A stretch of 42,202 nt of DNA, from contig JBDRFE010000003.1 of the NCBI GenBank assembly GCA_043819075.1, forward strand, positions 1-42,202. The letters run 5' to 3'. A program made the translations under genes and the position numbers. This document shows, piece by piece, positions 17,611 to 26,961 of the stretch; position 1 is the first letter of the stretch; every line of letters starts with the position of its first letter. Under the pieces are notes generated by a model. That model saw only the letters and a program-made list of their open reading frames with translations, did not search any database and was not told where the DNA came from. Origin of the DNA: an archaeon (GTDB lineage Archaea; Iainarchaeota; Iainarchaeia; Iainarchaeales; 1-14-0-10-31-34).

Positions 17611-18174
17611 TCAGCGAAAACTTCTTTCTTCCCTTGCAGGAGGCCTTGCAAAAACATAATATTTTAGCTTGTTGTCCTTTAATTCAACTAACACTCTTTT
17701 CACAATTAACTTCACAGGGGCAGGCATTAAATGAATTCTTTCAGGGATTTCCTTGAATGACTCAAAAGGCTTTGACTCACGTTCTTTAAGTATTTCAAAC
17801 AAATGCTTTTTTCCAAGGCCAGGCAATAATTCAAGCTGATGCATTCTAAGAGACAAAGAACCGGCTTTGTTAAAGAAGTCAAGAAATTTTTGGGGATTGT
17901 CTCTTACAATTAATTCAATTGCTTTCTCTATTTCTGAAATAGACGTATTAGTTAATTCATCAAAAGAAATCCTTTTTTTTATGAACTGGATTTCCTCTCT
18001 CTTGTCTTTTCCAATGTAAACCTTAGTCAATATCTTTAACTGAATTAAAGGAATGACTTCAAGCAAAGTAAAATGCTCTGTCCCGATTACCTGCGCCATT
18101 GGTTCTGATTTGAAGCTGTTGCTTTTGCCTGTAGGCAGGTAATCCATTACTACAGCAAATTCTTCGTTTGGCAT
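17611..18174 (-). CDS. DUF655 putative nucleic-acid-binding protein
   Basis: AQVIGTEHFTLLE, VYIGKDKRE, RMHQLELLPGLGKKH (helix-hairpin-helix), PFESF; conserved position after rpo4. Confidence 0.93.
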   Translation of the reverse strand: MPNEEFAVVMDYLPTGKSNSFKSEPMAQVIGTEHFTLLEVIPLIQLKILTKVYIGKDKREEIQFIKKRISFDELTNTSISEIEKAIELIVRDNPQKFLDFFNKAGSLSLRMHQLELLPGLGKKHLFEILKERESKPFESFKEIPERIHLMPAPVKLIVKRVLVELKDNKLKYYVFARPPAREERSFR

Positions 18175-18262
18175 AATTCAACAACCTCATTTTAACCCAG
18201 CTTTTAATTAAATACTTTTTTTTGTTCTCTTTAAGAACAATCCTCCAACTCTCTCTCTTTTA

Positions 18263-18655
18263 TTATTTTTTTGACTTTGATTCTTTTGAATCTTTTTTAT
18301 GTGAAACTGTTTTTGATTCTGCAGTAAAATAACTTTTAACCAGCTTCAAAATTTTTGCAGTATCTTCATCTGAAACCTTTGCTGTTTTTGGCATAATCAA
18401 AGCCAATACTTCTTCGTTCTGCGGAAGCAGGTCAGTTATTTTTATTGCAAGCTCTTCATTCATTCCATCAAACTTCAGTAAATCTTCCATTAATTTTTCT
18501 GCTTTAGTTCTCGGAATCCTTGAAAACTTTTCAACATACTTTAAGGTTAAACCCTGTTCATAAGTTAATTCGTTTTCTTTTGACAAATCCTTTAACAATT
18601 CTTTTACTTTAGCCAAAGGAATTGGCTTAACTGATAAAACTTTTTCACTCAACAT
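18263..18655 (-). CDS. rpo4: DNA-directed RNA polymerase subunit F (Rpo4)
   Basis: IPLAKVKELL, ELTYEQ..LKYVEKF, AIKITDLLP; ATG 18655 behind GGTGA. Confidence 0.93.
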   Translation of the reverse strand: MLSEKVLSVKPIPLAKVKELLKDLSKENELTYEQGLTLKYVEKFSRIPRTKAEKLMEDLLKFDGMNEELAIKITDLLPQNEEVLALIMPKTAKVSDEDTAKILKLVKSYFTAESKTVSHKKDSKESKSKK

Positions 18656-18956
18656 TTGATTCACCTGAAACCATTTTTAATTCCTTTAAATGAGCCGGAT
18701 GCACAATCAATTGCTTTGCCTTGTTTCCGTCCCTTAATTTTATAACATAACTTCTTCCTCTTTTGCCTGACACTACCCCGGTTTTTCCCTGAAATCTCCT
18801 GAAAGGCAGTCCTGCGTGAATCCTTGAATTAATGTTTACCTGGACTGTCTGGCCGTCTTTAATGTCTGCCAGCATCTTGTTTACTGTAGTCCTCTCCCTT
18901 CTCTTCATTGTGTCTCTTTGTTTTGCTCTTTTTCCTTTTGCTTTCTTGTTCGCCAT
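18645..18956 (-). CDS. rpl21e: 50S ribosomal protein L21e (eL21)
   Basis: GLPFRRFQGKTGVV, RGRSY, KQLIVHPAHLK. Confidence 0.96.
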   Translation of the reverse strand: MANKKAKGKRAKQRDTMKRRERTTVNKMLADIKDGQTVQVNINSRIHAGLPFRRFQGKTGVVSGKRGRSYVIKLRDGNKAKQLIVHPAHLKELKMVSGESNVE

Positions 18957-19186
18957 TCAAAATCACCTTATACATCTACTTAAATCTAATCAAAACTAAT
19001 ACTAATAAATGAAAGAAAAACTTTAAATAGGTAATCAGACAAAAGAAAAACAACAGAGCCAGCAGACGATTTTACGGCAAAGCCTTTTTACAGGCTTTAA
19101 AATAGCTTTTTAAAGGTTTAGTCAGCCTTTTATATTAAGTATTTAAAGGATTTAAACATAACTAATTGTTTGGGAGAGGGAAAAAA

Positions 19187-19933
19187 ATGGAATACCAGAT
19201 TGTTAATTTAGTTGCTTCAGCTGCATTAAATGCAACATTAGATTTGTATAATTTGGCGGTAAGCGTGCCAAACATTGAATACGAACCAGAACAGTTTCCA
19301 GGCGCAATACTCAAGCTCAAGGAACCAAAAGTTTCAATGCTGTTGTTCAAGAACGGAAAAGTAATTTGTTCCGGAGCATCAAGCGAAAAAGAAATAGAGC
19401 AGGGAATAATAAAAGCATCAAAATTAATTCACGAAATCCAGCCAAAAGTTAAAGTATTAAAAAAAGTGGAATACACTGTGGTTAATTTGGTTGCAACAGC
19501 AAACTTAAAACACCAGTTAGATTTGTTTAACACTGCATTGAATTTGGATAACGTTGAATACGAGCCAGAACAGTTTCCAGGCGCAATATTAAGATTAGAT
19601 GACCCAAAAATTACTTTGCTTTTATTCAAGAACGGAAAAGTAATTTGTGCCGGAGCAAAAAAAGAAGAAGACTTAAAAAGAGGATTAGAAAAAGCCGCTA
19701 AATTAGTGGGAAAAGTTAACAGGGATGTAAAACAGCCTGCTTTCACTGAATCAATAATTGGCCCTGCATTTGAAGCAAAAAAAACTCAGCCAGTGGAAAT
19801 AAAAAATAAACCAGAGAAAAAAGCAGTTAAAGCAAAAAAGAAAGCAGTTAAAGCAAAGCCAGTCAAAAAAGCAGTGAAAAAAAAACCTAAAGCTGTAAAG
19901 AAAAAAACTGCAAAAAAGAAGAAAAAAAAGTAG
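19187..19933 (+). CDS. tbp: TATA-box-binding protein with Lys/Ala-rich C-terminal tail
   Basis: Two direct repeats, each with VNLVA, EYEPEQFPGAIL and LLFKNGKVIC.GA; ATG 19187 behind GGGAGAGGG. Confidence 0.98.
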   Translation: MEYQIVNLVASAALNATLDLYNLAVSVPNIEYEPEQFPGAILKLKEPKVSMLLFKNGKVICSGASSEKEIEQGIIKASKLIHEIQPKVKVLKKVEYTVVNLVATANLKHQLDLFNTALNLDNVEYEPEQFPGAILRLDDPKITLLLFKNGKVICAGAKKEEDLKRGLEKAAKLVGKVNRDVKQPAFTESIIGPAFEAKKTQPVEIKNKPEKKAVKAKKKAVKAKPVKKAVKKKPKAVKKKTAKKKKKK

Positions 19934-19992
19934 TTTTTGAATGAAAAGCCTTTCATTAAAAGGTTTTTATTCTTTTCTTTTCATAAAATAGT

Positions 19993-20114
19993 GTGATTAG
20001 CGGTCACAGCGGAAGGGAAACACCTGGACTCATCCCGAACCCAGAAGTTAAGCCTTTCAGCGATTTGGTTTGCACTGGGTTTTTGCTTGGAGCATCCAAG
20101 ACGCTGCTAATCAC
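19993..20114 (+). rRNA. rrf: 5S ribosomal RNA (stand-alone)
   Basis: Termini pair (GTGATTAGCGGT / GCTGCTAATCAC); diagnostic internal CACCTGGACTCATCCCGAACCCAGAAGTTAAGC; T-rich tract downstream. Exact mature ends uncertain by about 3 nt. Confidence 0.95.
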
Positions 20115-20219
20115 TTTATTCTATTTTTTATTGCGGCAGTTTATTTTTGGTTCACTAAACAAAAGTATAATCCAGAAAATTGACTGCAGGCTTCAGTGTT
20201 TGGGAAACTGCTGATTGCT

Positions 20220-21437
20220 TCAAAGAATGGTTGGAACAGGGACTGGGATAATAAATTTTCCTTTAAAGCCTTTTTCTTTTAGTTTTGGGATAATTATGTC
20301 TTTTAGATTCCAAGACAAAAGCAATGCATATTCTGGCTGGTCAAAAAAAATGCTGGATTCTTCCACTACTTTAATATGCATTCCAGGAGAATATTTTCCG
20401 ACTTTAAGGTTCTGCTTTTCAGCAAGATAATCAAGAATGTCTGACCCTATCATACAATAATTAAGCAACGTGTTTCCTTTTGCCGGAGCCCCAATACCCA
20501 CAATATGATTTCCTTTTTCTTTTATTGAAAAAAGAATGTCTCTTAATTTTTTTCTGTTTTCTGAAACTTTTTTTGCAAAATCATCAAAAGTTTTTTTTGA
20601 ATACAATCCTGCTTTTTCTTCTTCTTCAAGTATTCTTGAAACATTTTCTGATATTCTATAAGAGCCTTTTCTGCACGCATAAACTCTCAGTGAACCTCCA
20701 TGAGTTGGAATTCTTTCAGTGTCAAATACCTGCATTCCGTATTTTTCAAACAAACGAATCAGAGGTTTCAGCAAATAATACCTTAAGTGTTCTGCATAAA
20801 TTGAATCATATTCCATTTTTGAAATCATGTCTGCCAGGTAATGGGATTCTTCAACAAAAATTCCGTCATCTTTCAGCAAAAGCTTTATTCCATTCATAAA
20901 AGAATCTAATTCCTCTACATGTGCAAAAACATTTGTTGCAGTAATAACACTTGCTTTTCCATAATCCTGCAAAATTTTTTTTGCTGTTTTTTCATCAAAA
21001 AATTCCCTTAAAGTGGGAATGTTTTTTTCCAGTGCAAGTTTTGCTGATTCTGAAGGGTCAATTCCTAAAACTTTTAGTTCAAAAGGAAGAAAGTTTTCAA
21101 GCAATGTTCCGTCGTTTGAGCCGATGTCAATAACAAAATCTTTAGAGGAAAGATTGAATTGCTCGGTTAATTTTTTTGCTAAAGCAGAAAAATTTTTTAC
21201 TAGTTCCCCACTTGAACCAGTTGTATAAACAAAAGAGTCAGTAAACAATAATTTCGGGTCAAGTGCATGGCCTAACTGGACTAATTTGCAATTGTCGCAG
21301 AAAAAAACATTTATTAGGCATTTTACCTCTTTTTTGCTTAATTCGTTTTCATTAAGGAAACCATCGCTTGGAGGCAGACTCCCTAAAGACAAAAATTTAT
21401 GTAATTTTTTGTTAGAGCAAATCATGCATTTCATCAT
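20220..21437 (-). CDS. NDP-sugar C-methyltransferase family protein, copy 1
   Basis: N-terminal Zn knuckle (CMIC...CDNCKLVQL), DIGSNDG, NVFAHV, YAEHLRYY, HGGSLR, GAPAKGNTLLNY, LLSWN. Confidence 0.88.
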   Translation of the reverse strand: MMKCMICSNKKLHKFLSLGSLPPSDGFLNENELSKKEVKCLINVFFCDNCKLVQLGHALDPKLLFTDSFVYTTGSSGELVKNFSALAKKLTEQFNLSSKDFVIDIGSNDGTLLENFLPFELKVLGIDPSESAKLALEKNIPTLREFFDEKTAKKILQDYGKASVITATNVFAHVEELDSFMNGIKLLLKDDGIFVEESHYLADMISKMEYDSIYAEHLRYYLLKPLIRLFEKYGMQVFDTERIPTHGGSLRVYACRKGSYRISENVSRILEEEEKAGLYSKKTFDDFAKKVSENRKKLRDILFSIKEKGNHIVGIGAPAKGNTLLNYCMIGSDILDYLAEKQNLKVGKYSPGMHIKVVEESSIFFDQPEYALLLSWNLKDIIIPKLKEKGFKGKFIIPVPVPTIL

Positions 21438-21448
21438 AAAACCTAATT

Positions 21449-22429
21449 TTATTTTTTTTCCTGAAAAAAATTCTTATACCATTCAAATGTTTTTTTTACT
21501 CCATCCTCTAATTTTACTTTTGGCTTGAAGCCTAAAGCAGACAATTTTGTTGTGTCAGGACATCTTCTTTTCACGCTTCCTTCAGGCGCTGGAAGGATTT
21601 TTATTTTAGGGCTTGCGCCAGAAATTGCAAAAAGCTTTTTTGCCAAATCAATTATTTTTATTTCTTCATCGCTTCTTCCTATATTTATGGTTTTTGTTCT
21701 TGTTTTGTTGTTTTCCATTACCAGCTTTGTTGCTTTCACTGCATCTTCAATAAAACAAAAAGTCCTTGTTTCTTTTCCTCCAAAAATCTTGAACGGGTTT
21801 TCTTTTTTTTCTATTCTTTCAATGAACTGCGGAATAACGTGTTCTGTTCCCATTCTTGGGCCGTAAACATTATGATATCTTACAATAGAATAATCCATTT
21901 TATACAGGTGATTGTATGAATGAATTGCAACCTCTGACATTATTTTTCCTGCCCCATAAGACCATCTGGGGTTTGAAGGATCATCAATGCTTAAAGGAAT
22001 TTCTTCCGGAGTAGGAATAGGAAAATTTTCTTTCATTAATTTCAGTGTGCCTGCATATGTTTCTGAACTAGAAGAAAAAAGGAGTTTTCCTTTTTTGCTT
22101 TCAATAAACCAGTCAAGCATGTTTATTGTTCCTATAATTCCTACTTTGATTACTTTATCTGGGATTTTATAAAAGTTTTCTGTGCCGTTTATTGCAGCCA
22201 GATGATAAACAAAATCATATTTTTCTAATTCAGAGAATTCATTTTGGTTTGTAAGGTCAATTTTCAGGAAGGAAACGTTTTTGTTTTCAATGGCTTTCTG
22301 GAACTCTGAATCTTTTTTTCCTCTCTCAAAATTGTCTGCTATTGTAACAGTATATTCTTTTGCAAGCTCTCTGGCAAGATGTAATCCTATAAATCCTGCC
22401 CCTCCTGTAACAAGCGCTTTTTTTTGCAT
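21449..22429 (-). CDS. NAD-dependent sugar epimerase/dehydratase (UDP-glucuronate decarboxylase-like extended SDR)
   Basis: TGGAGFIG, HLAA, SSSETY, RWSYGAGK, RYHNVYGPRM, TRTFCF, RRCPD. Confidence 0.85.
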   Translation of the reverse strand: MQKKALVTGGAGFIGLHLARELAKEYTVTIADNFERGKKDSEFQKAIENKNVSFLKIDLTNQNEFSELEKYDFVYHLAAINGTENFYKIPDKVIKVGIIGTINMLDWFIESKKGKLLFSSSSETYAGTLKLMKENFPIPTPEEIPLSIDDPSNPRWSYGAGKIMSEVAIHSYNHLYKMDYSIVRYHNVYGPRMGTEHVIPQFIERIEKKENPFKIFGGKETRTFCFIEDAVKATKLVMENNKTRTKTINIGRSDEEIKIIDLAKKLFAISGASPKIKILPAPEGSVKRRCPDTTKLSALGFKPKVKLEDGVKKTFEWYKNFFQEKK

Positions 22430-22484
22430 AGAATAAATATCTAATAAAACGGTTTTTTAAAGCATTTAGCCAAAACAAAAAATG

Positions 22485-22501
22485 AACTAGAATTGTACCA
22501 A
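22485..22501 (+). promoter_or_regulatory. Copy of the recurrent intergenic motif (AACTAG)WATTGTACCAA
   Basis: AACTAGAATTGTACCAA is 16/17 identical to 33628-33644. The core also occurs at 39514-39524 and, with one mismatch, at 23643-23653. Confidence 0.5.
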
Positions 22502-22574
22502 AACCAATAAAATAATGAATTTATATAAATTTTAGCGTGTAATCTTATTTAGGTTGCATATTTTTGGTGATTTG

Positions 22575-23633
22575 TTGCTTCAGAAAAAAAAAAGTCTTTT
22601 ATTGAATACTGTGAAAAGAAACGGCTTGTTTGGAATTGCAAATCTTGCTTTAAGGCATTACCAGCAAAATAAAATGCTTGATAAAGTGAATTACAATCCA
22701 ACTGCATTGCAGATTGAAATAACTACTGCCTGCAATTTGAAGTGCACTATGTGCGAGCATAGTTTCATGCAAGAGATTGGAAAAAACTTAAATTTTTCTG
22801 AATTCAAGAAAATAATTGACGAAAACAAAAATGTCCAAGTAATTAACCTTACAGGAATCGGGGAATCGCTTCTTAACCCCGAATTCATTGAAATGGTAAA
22901 ATACGCCAAAAGCAAGGGCATTTATGTCTGGTTTAATGATAATTTTACTTTAATGAACCGGGAAAAAGCTGAAAAGTTAATTGATTTGGGTGCTGATTTC
23001 ATTATTCTTTCACTTGATGGCGCAACAAAAGAAGTTTACGAAAAAATCCGGGGCGGGGCAAACTTTGAAAAAGTCACTGCAAACTTTGCAGGACTTAGGG
23101 AATTAAGAGATAAAAAAAACCTTTCAAACCCAAAACTCGGAATAAGCATGGTTGTGCTGAAAGAAAATTACAAAGAAATAGAAAAAATGGTTGAGCTTGC
23201 AAAAGAACTTAAAGCTGACAATTTAATGTATTCAAGCATTGTCCTTTCTGACAATACAGGAAATCTTTCTTTAGGGAATTTAGAGGAAAAAGAAACCATG
23301 CCTTTTGTTGAATCAGGAAAAAAAACTGCTGAAGAACTGAAAGTGAATGTAATTGCCTGGCCTAATGTAAAGCTCAAAATAACAGAAAAAACCGGTTGTG
23401 CTTATCCTTGGCTTAATCCTTACATTGGCTACAATGGAAATGTATTGCCTTGCTGTTTTATTCCCCAGATGGCTAACGCAAGAATGAAAGAGGAAAACAT
23501 TATGGGAAACATATTCAAAGAGCCATTGTATAAGATATGGAATGGAAAAAAATACGTTGAATTCAGGAAAAAAATAAAAACAAAAAATCCTCCAGTATCA
23601 TGCAGGACTTGCTCTAAATTTTATGGGCAGTAA
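22575..23633 (+). CDS. Radical SAM protein with C-terminal SPASM/twitch domain, copy 1
   Basis: CNLKCTMC, GIGESLL, SLDGATKEVYEKIR, CAYPW...GNVLPCC...MGNI...IWNG...CRTC. Start placed at a TTG after GGTGA (uncertain). Confidence 0.88.
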   Translation: MLQKKKSLLLNTVKRNGLFGIANLALRHYQQNKMLDKVNYNPTALQIEITTACNLKCTMCEHSFMQEIGKNLNFSEFKKIIDENKNVQVINLTGIGESLLNPEFIEMVKYAKSKGIYVWFNDNFTLMNREKAEKLIDLGADFIILSLDGATKEVYEKIRGGANFEKVTANFAGLRELRDKKNLSNPKLGISMVVLKENYKEIEKMVELAKELKADNLMYSSIVLSDNTGNLSLGNLEEKETMPFVESGKKTAEELKVNVIAWPNVKLKITEKTGCAYPWLNPYIGYNGNVLPCCFIPQMANARMKEENIMGNIFKEPLYKIWNGKKYVEFRKKIKTKNPPVSCRTCSKFYGQ

Positions 23634-23699
23634 AAAAACAGGTATTGAACCAAATTAATATTAAAATTGTTTTAGACACTTAATGTACGAGGTTTAAAG

Positions 23700-24941
23700 A
23701 TGAATCAAAAAATTGTCAGTGTTATTGGAATCGGAAGGGTTGGCCTTCCGATGTGCTTGAGTCTTGCTGAAGCAGGATACAAGGTTTTTGGAATAGATGT
23801 AAGAAAAGAATATTTGGAAAAAATTAAGAAAAAAGAAATGCCTTTTGTGGAAGATAACGCACAGGAACTGCTTGAAAAGCATGTTAATGTTAATTTTTTT
23901 CCTTCAACTGATATAAAAAAAATTGAAGAATCAGGTTATATTGTTTTGACTATTGGAACTCCGGTTGATGAGCATTTGAATCCTGATTACAGTCAGATAC
24001 AAGCAGTGGCAAAAAACATAATCAAGCACTTGAAAAAAAATCACATCATAATTCTTCGTTCAACTGTTTCTCCAGGCACAACAGAATATTTAAAGGATTT
24101 AATTGAAAAAGAAACAGGAATGATAGCCGGAAAAGATTTTTTTCTGGCTTTTTGCCCTGAAAGAATCGCGCAAGGGAATGCAATAGAGGAGACAAAAGAG
24201 ATTCCACAGATTGTTGGGGGAATAGACGAAAAAAGTTCAGAGAAAGCAGTTGAATTTTTTAGGCCTTTTACTAAAGAACAGATTGAAACTGATGCAAAGA
24301 GCGCTGAACTGGCAAAAATTTTTACTAATATGTACAGGTACATTAACTTTTCTATTGCAAATGAATTCATGATTCTGGCAGAAGAGCATGAAAGAGACAT
24401 TTATGAAATAATTCATTTGATCAATCACAATTATAAAAGAGGAGGAATAAAACAGCCTGGCTTTGCTGCTGGGCCATGCCTTTACAAAGACGGCTTTTTT
24501 CTTGTCAACACAATGCCGTTCAATGAATTAATTTCAGTGAGCTGGAAAATAAATGAAACGGTTCCGTTATACTTGCTGAAAAAAATTAAGTCAAAAACAG
24601 AACTAAAAAACAAAAAAGTTGTGTTGCTTGGAATGTCTTTCAAGGCAGACAATGATGACACAAGAAATTCCTTGAGTTTTAAAATAAAGAAAGCATTAGA
24701 AAGAGAAAATGCCTTGGTTGAATGCCATGACCCTTTAGTTGAAGGATTCAACAGCAAAAGCGCTGAAGATGCAATAAAAGATGCAGATGTAATTATTATT
24801 GGAACAAACCATTCTGAATACAAAAAGCTTTCGCTTGAAAAAATAAGAAAGCTTTCTAAAAAAAACTGTATTGTCTGTGATATATGGAATGTTCTGGGAA
24901 AAAATAAAATAATTTATTTTGCAAGTGAACAAAAAAAATGA
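23700..24941 (+). CDS. UDP-glucose/GDP-mannose/UDP-ManNAc dehydrogenase family nucleotide-sugar dehydrogenase
   Basis: GIGRVGLP, TIGTP, RSTVSPGTT, FCPER, AELAKIFTN, AGPCLYKD, LGMSFKADNDDTRNS. Confidence 0.92.
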   Translation: MNQKIVSVIGIGRVGLPMCLSLAEAGYKVFGIDVRKEYLEKIKKKEMPFVEDNAQELLEKHVNVNFFPSTDIKKIEESGYIVLTIGTPVDEHLNPDYSQIQAVAKNIIKHLKKNHIIILRSTVSPGTTEYLKDLIEKETGMIAGKDFFLAFCPERIAQGNAIEETKEIPQIVGGIDEKSSEKAVEFFRPFTKEQIETDAKSAELAKIFTNMYRYINFSIANEFMILAEEHERDIYEIIHLINHNYKRGGIKQPGFAAGPCLYKDGFFLVNTMPFNELISVSWKINETVPLYLLKKIKSKTELKNKKVVLLGMSFKADNDDTRNSLSFKIKKALERENALVECHDPLVEGFNSKSAEDAIKDADVIIIGTNHSEYKKLSLEKIRKLSKKNCIVCDIWNVLGKNKIIYFASEQKK

Positions 24942-26047
24942 GAATACTGTATATTACTTCTGTTTTGGGAGATATCGGCGGAAGCGAAATTTACTGCAGG
25001 GATATAATAAAAGAAATGCTAAGGAAAGGGCATAAAGTTTTAATTGCAAGCACTGAACCATATGACTTTAAGCACAAAAACGCTGAATTCATGCAGATCC
25101 CTGTTTTTGGCAATCATGCATTCCATAAATTCACTGCCCCTTTGTTTTACAGGGGAGTTGTGAAAAAAGCAATGGAATTCAAGCCAGATGTAATTCAGAG
25201 CCACAGCAATTGTTTTATGGGCTGGATTGGAGACAAAGTCAAAGAAAAATTAAAGGTTCCTCATGTTCTTTTAATTGAAATGATTTCAGCAAAAAACAAT
25301 AATCTTCATACTAAAACAATTTATCAATGCGAAAAGTTTCTGCTTCCTAAATTAAAATACGACAAAATTGTTGTCTGGACTGAAAACATGAAGAAAAAGT
25401 TTTTGCTTCATTGGGGAATTAAAAAAGAAAAAATTGAAGTGATTCCTGCCGCATTAAACAAAGAAAATTATAATCTGAATGCAAGCGGGAAAAAGATTAA
25501 AGAAAAATATGGAGAGCATTTGATTGTTTCGATTAAAAGCCTTTGGACAACAAATGTTTTGGGCCTAAAATATATTGTAAAAGCAATGAAGTATGTTAAA
25601 GCAAAACACCCTGAATACAAATATTTGTGCATTGGCCCGGGAGACAGCAGTTCATTGAAGAAAATTGCAGTAGAAGAAGGAATTGAAGATGTTGTTTTTT
25701 TTCCTGGAAGCGTTTCAGACAAAGAAAAGCAGGAATATTGGGCTGCAACAGAGATTGCACCTCATTCTTACGTGTATGAATTTTCCACTTCAATTTCTTT
25801 GCTGGAGTTTCTGGCAATGGGGAAAGCCTGTGTCATAACTGATATTGGAGCAGTAAGAGAGTACTTAAAAGATGCTGCTTTGATTGTTAAAGCAGAAGAT
25901 GCAAAAGCCATGGGAGAAGGAATAAATAAGCTGATTGAAAACAAGGAATTAAGAAAAAGCCTTGAAAAGAAAGCAAGAAAATTGTTTGAAGAAGAATATT
26001 CAATTGATTCAACTGTCAGCAGACTGGAAAAAATTTATTCGGCTTAA
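24938..26047 (+). CDS. Glycosyltransferase family 4 (GT-B)
   Basis: GGSEIY, PDVIQSHS, ExxxxxxxE motif in YEFSTSISLLEFLAMGKACVITDIG. Confidence 0.9.
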   Translation: MRILYITSVLGDIGGSEIYCRDIIKEMLRKGHKVLIASTEPYDFKHKNAEFMQIPVFGNHAFHKFTAPLFYRGVVKKAMEFKPDVIQSHSNCFMGWIGDKVKEKLKVPHVLLIEMISAKNNNLHTKTIYQCEKFLLPKLKYDKIVVWTENMKKKFLLHWGIKKEKIEVIPAALNKENYNLNASGKKIKEKYGEHLIVSIKSLWTTNVLGLKYIVKAMKYVKAKHPEYKYLCIGPGDSSSLKKIAVEEGIEDVVFFPGSVSDKEKQEYWAATEIAPHSYVYEFSTSISLLEFLAMGKACVITDIGAVREYLKDAALIVKAEDAKAMGEGINKLIENKELRKSLEKKARKLFEEEYSIDSTVSRLEKIYSA

Positions 26048-26955
26048 TTTTCTTTTTCCATTTCAAATGGCGGGCTGAATTTTGGTTCTTTGAATGGAAC
26101 AAAAACCGATTTTTTTCTTTTTGCTCTTTCTTTTAATATCATTTTAATGTCTTTTATGTTGTTCCAGTAAGCTTTTATCAGCCAGAAAAACCTGCCGTCT
26201 TTGATGCTTTGCAGTAAAATCAATCCCATTCCTGGAACAAATCTCAGCAAGTCTATTAACCCTAAATTGAAAAAAAACGAGCGCAAGCAATGAGTATTCA
26301 ATAAAATATAATGGTTTTTTGCTTTCATTCCTTTTCTTGAATCCTGCGAAGAATAATGCACAACAATGCATTTACTGCATTCAATTATTTTATATCCTTT
26401 TTTTCTTGCCCGAAAATTCCAGTCGGCTTCCTCCCCATAAATAGGAGAAAAGTGTTCTGCATCAGTAAAGCCTATTTCCTGAATAAATTTTTTTTTTGTT
26501 ATCCAGCCTACAGGCAAAGTTAACTTTTCTTTGTTTGGTTTCTGTTTTATTTCTTCAATTAATTTTTTGTCTTTGAATTTTTCAGGAAAAACCTCTTTTA
26601 CTCCTACAACCACAAATTTTTCATTTGAATCAATTGTTTTGATTAATTCTTCAAGCCAGTTTTCCGTCACAAAAGCATCGTTGTTTAAATGAATTACATA
26701 GAAGCCTTTTGCTTCCCTGTAGCCTTGGTTTAAAGCATAAGGAAAGCCTTTGTTTACCTTGTTTTTGATTATTTTCAGGTTTTTTAGCTTGCTGAATTCT
26801 TTTTCTAGTTTTTCAATGCTTTTGTCTTTGCTTCCATTGTCAACCAAAATTATTTCATAAGGGAAAATTGTGTTTTTTACCACTGATTCAATGCATTGTT
26901 TTGTCAAGTCAAAAGAGTTCCAGGTTGTAATTACAATTGAAGTAAGTTTATCCAT
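26044..26955 (-). CDS. Glycosyltransferase family 2 (GT-A)
   Basis: SIVITTWN, VDNGSKD, NKGFPYALNQG, LNND, YGEEADWNFR. Confidence 0.9.
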   Translation of the reverse strand: MDKLTSIVITTWNSFDLTKQCIESVVKNTIFPYEIILVDNGSKDKSIEKLEKEFSKLKNLKIIKNKVNKGFPYALNQGYREAKGFYVIHLNNDAFVTENWLEELIKTIDSNEKFVVVGVKEVFPEKFKDKKLIEEIKQKPNKEKLTLPVGWITKKKFIQEIGFTDAEHFSPIYGEEADWNFRARKKGYKIIECSKCIVVHYSSQDSRKGMKAKNHYILLNTHCLRSFFFNLGLIDLLRFVPGMGLILLQSIKDGRFFWLIKAYWNNIKDIKMILKERAKRKKSVFVPFKEPKFSPPFEMEKEN

Positions 26956-26961
26956 AAAAAA

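Noticed and set aside
19993..20214. 73-aa ORF after tbp
   Set aside because: Coincides with the 5S rRNA gene.
20115..20219. Possible integration site for the glycosylation genes at the 5S 3' end, and a weak inverted repeat CGGCAGTTT/AAACTGCTG
   Set aside because: No integrase and no duplicated 5S fragment found in the window; the repeat is short and imperfect.
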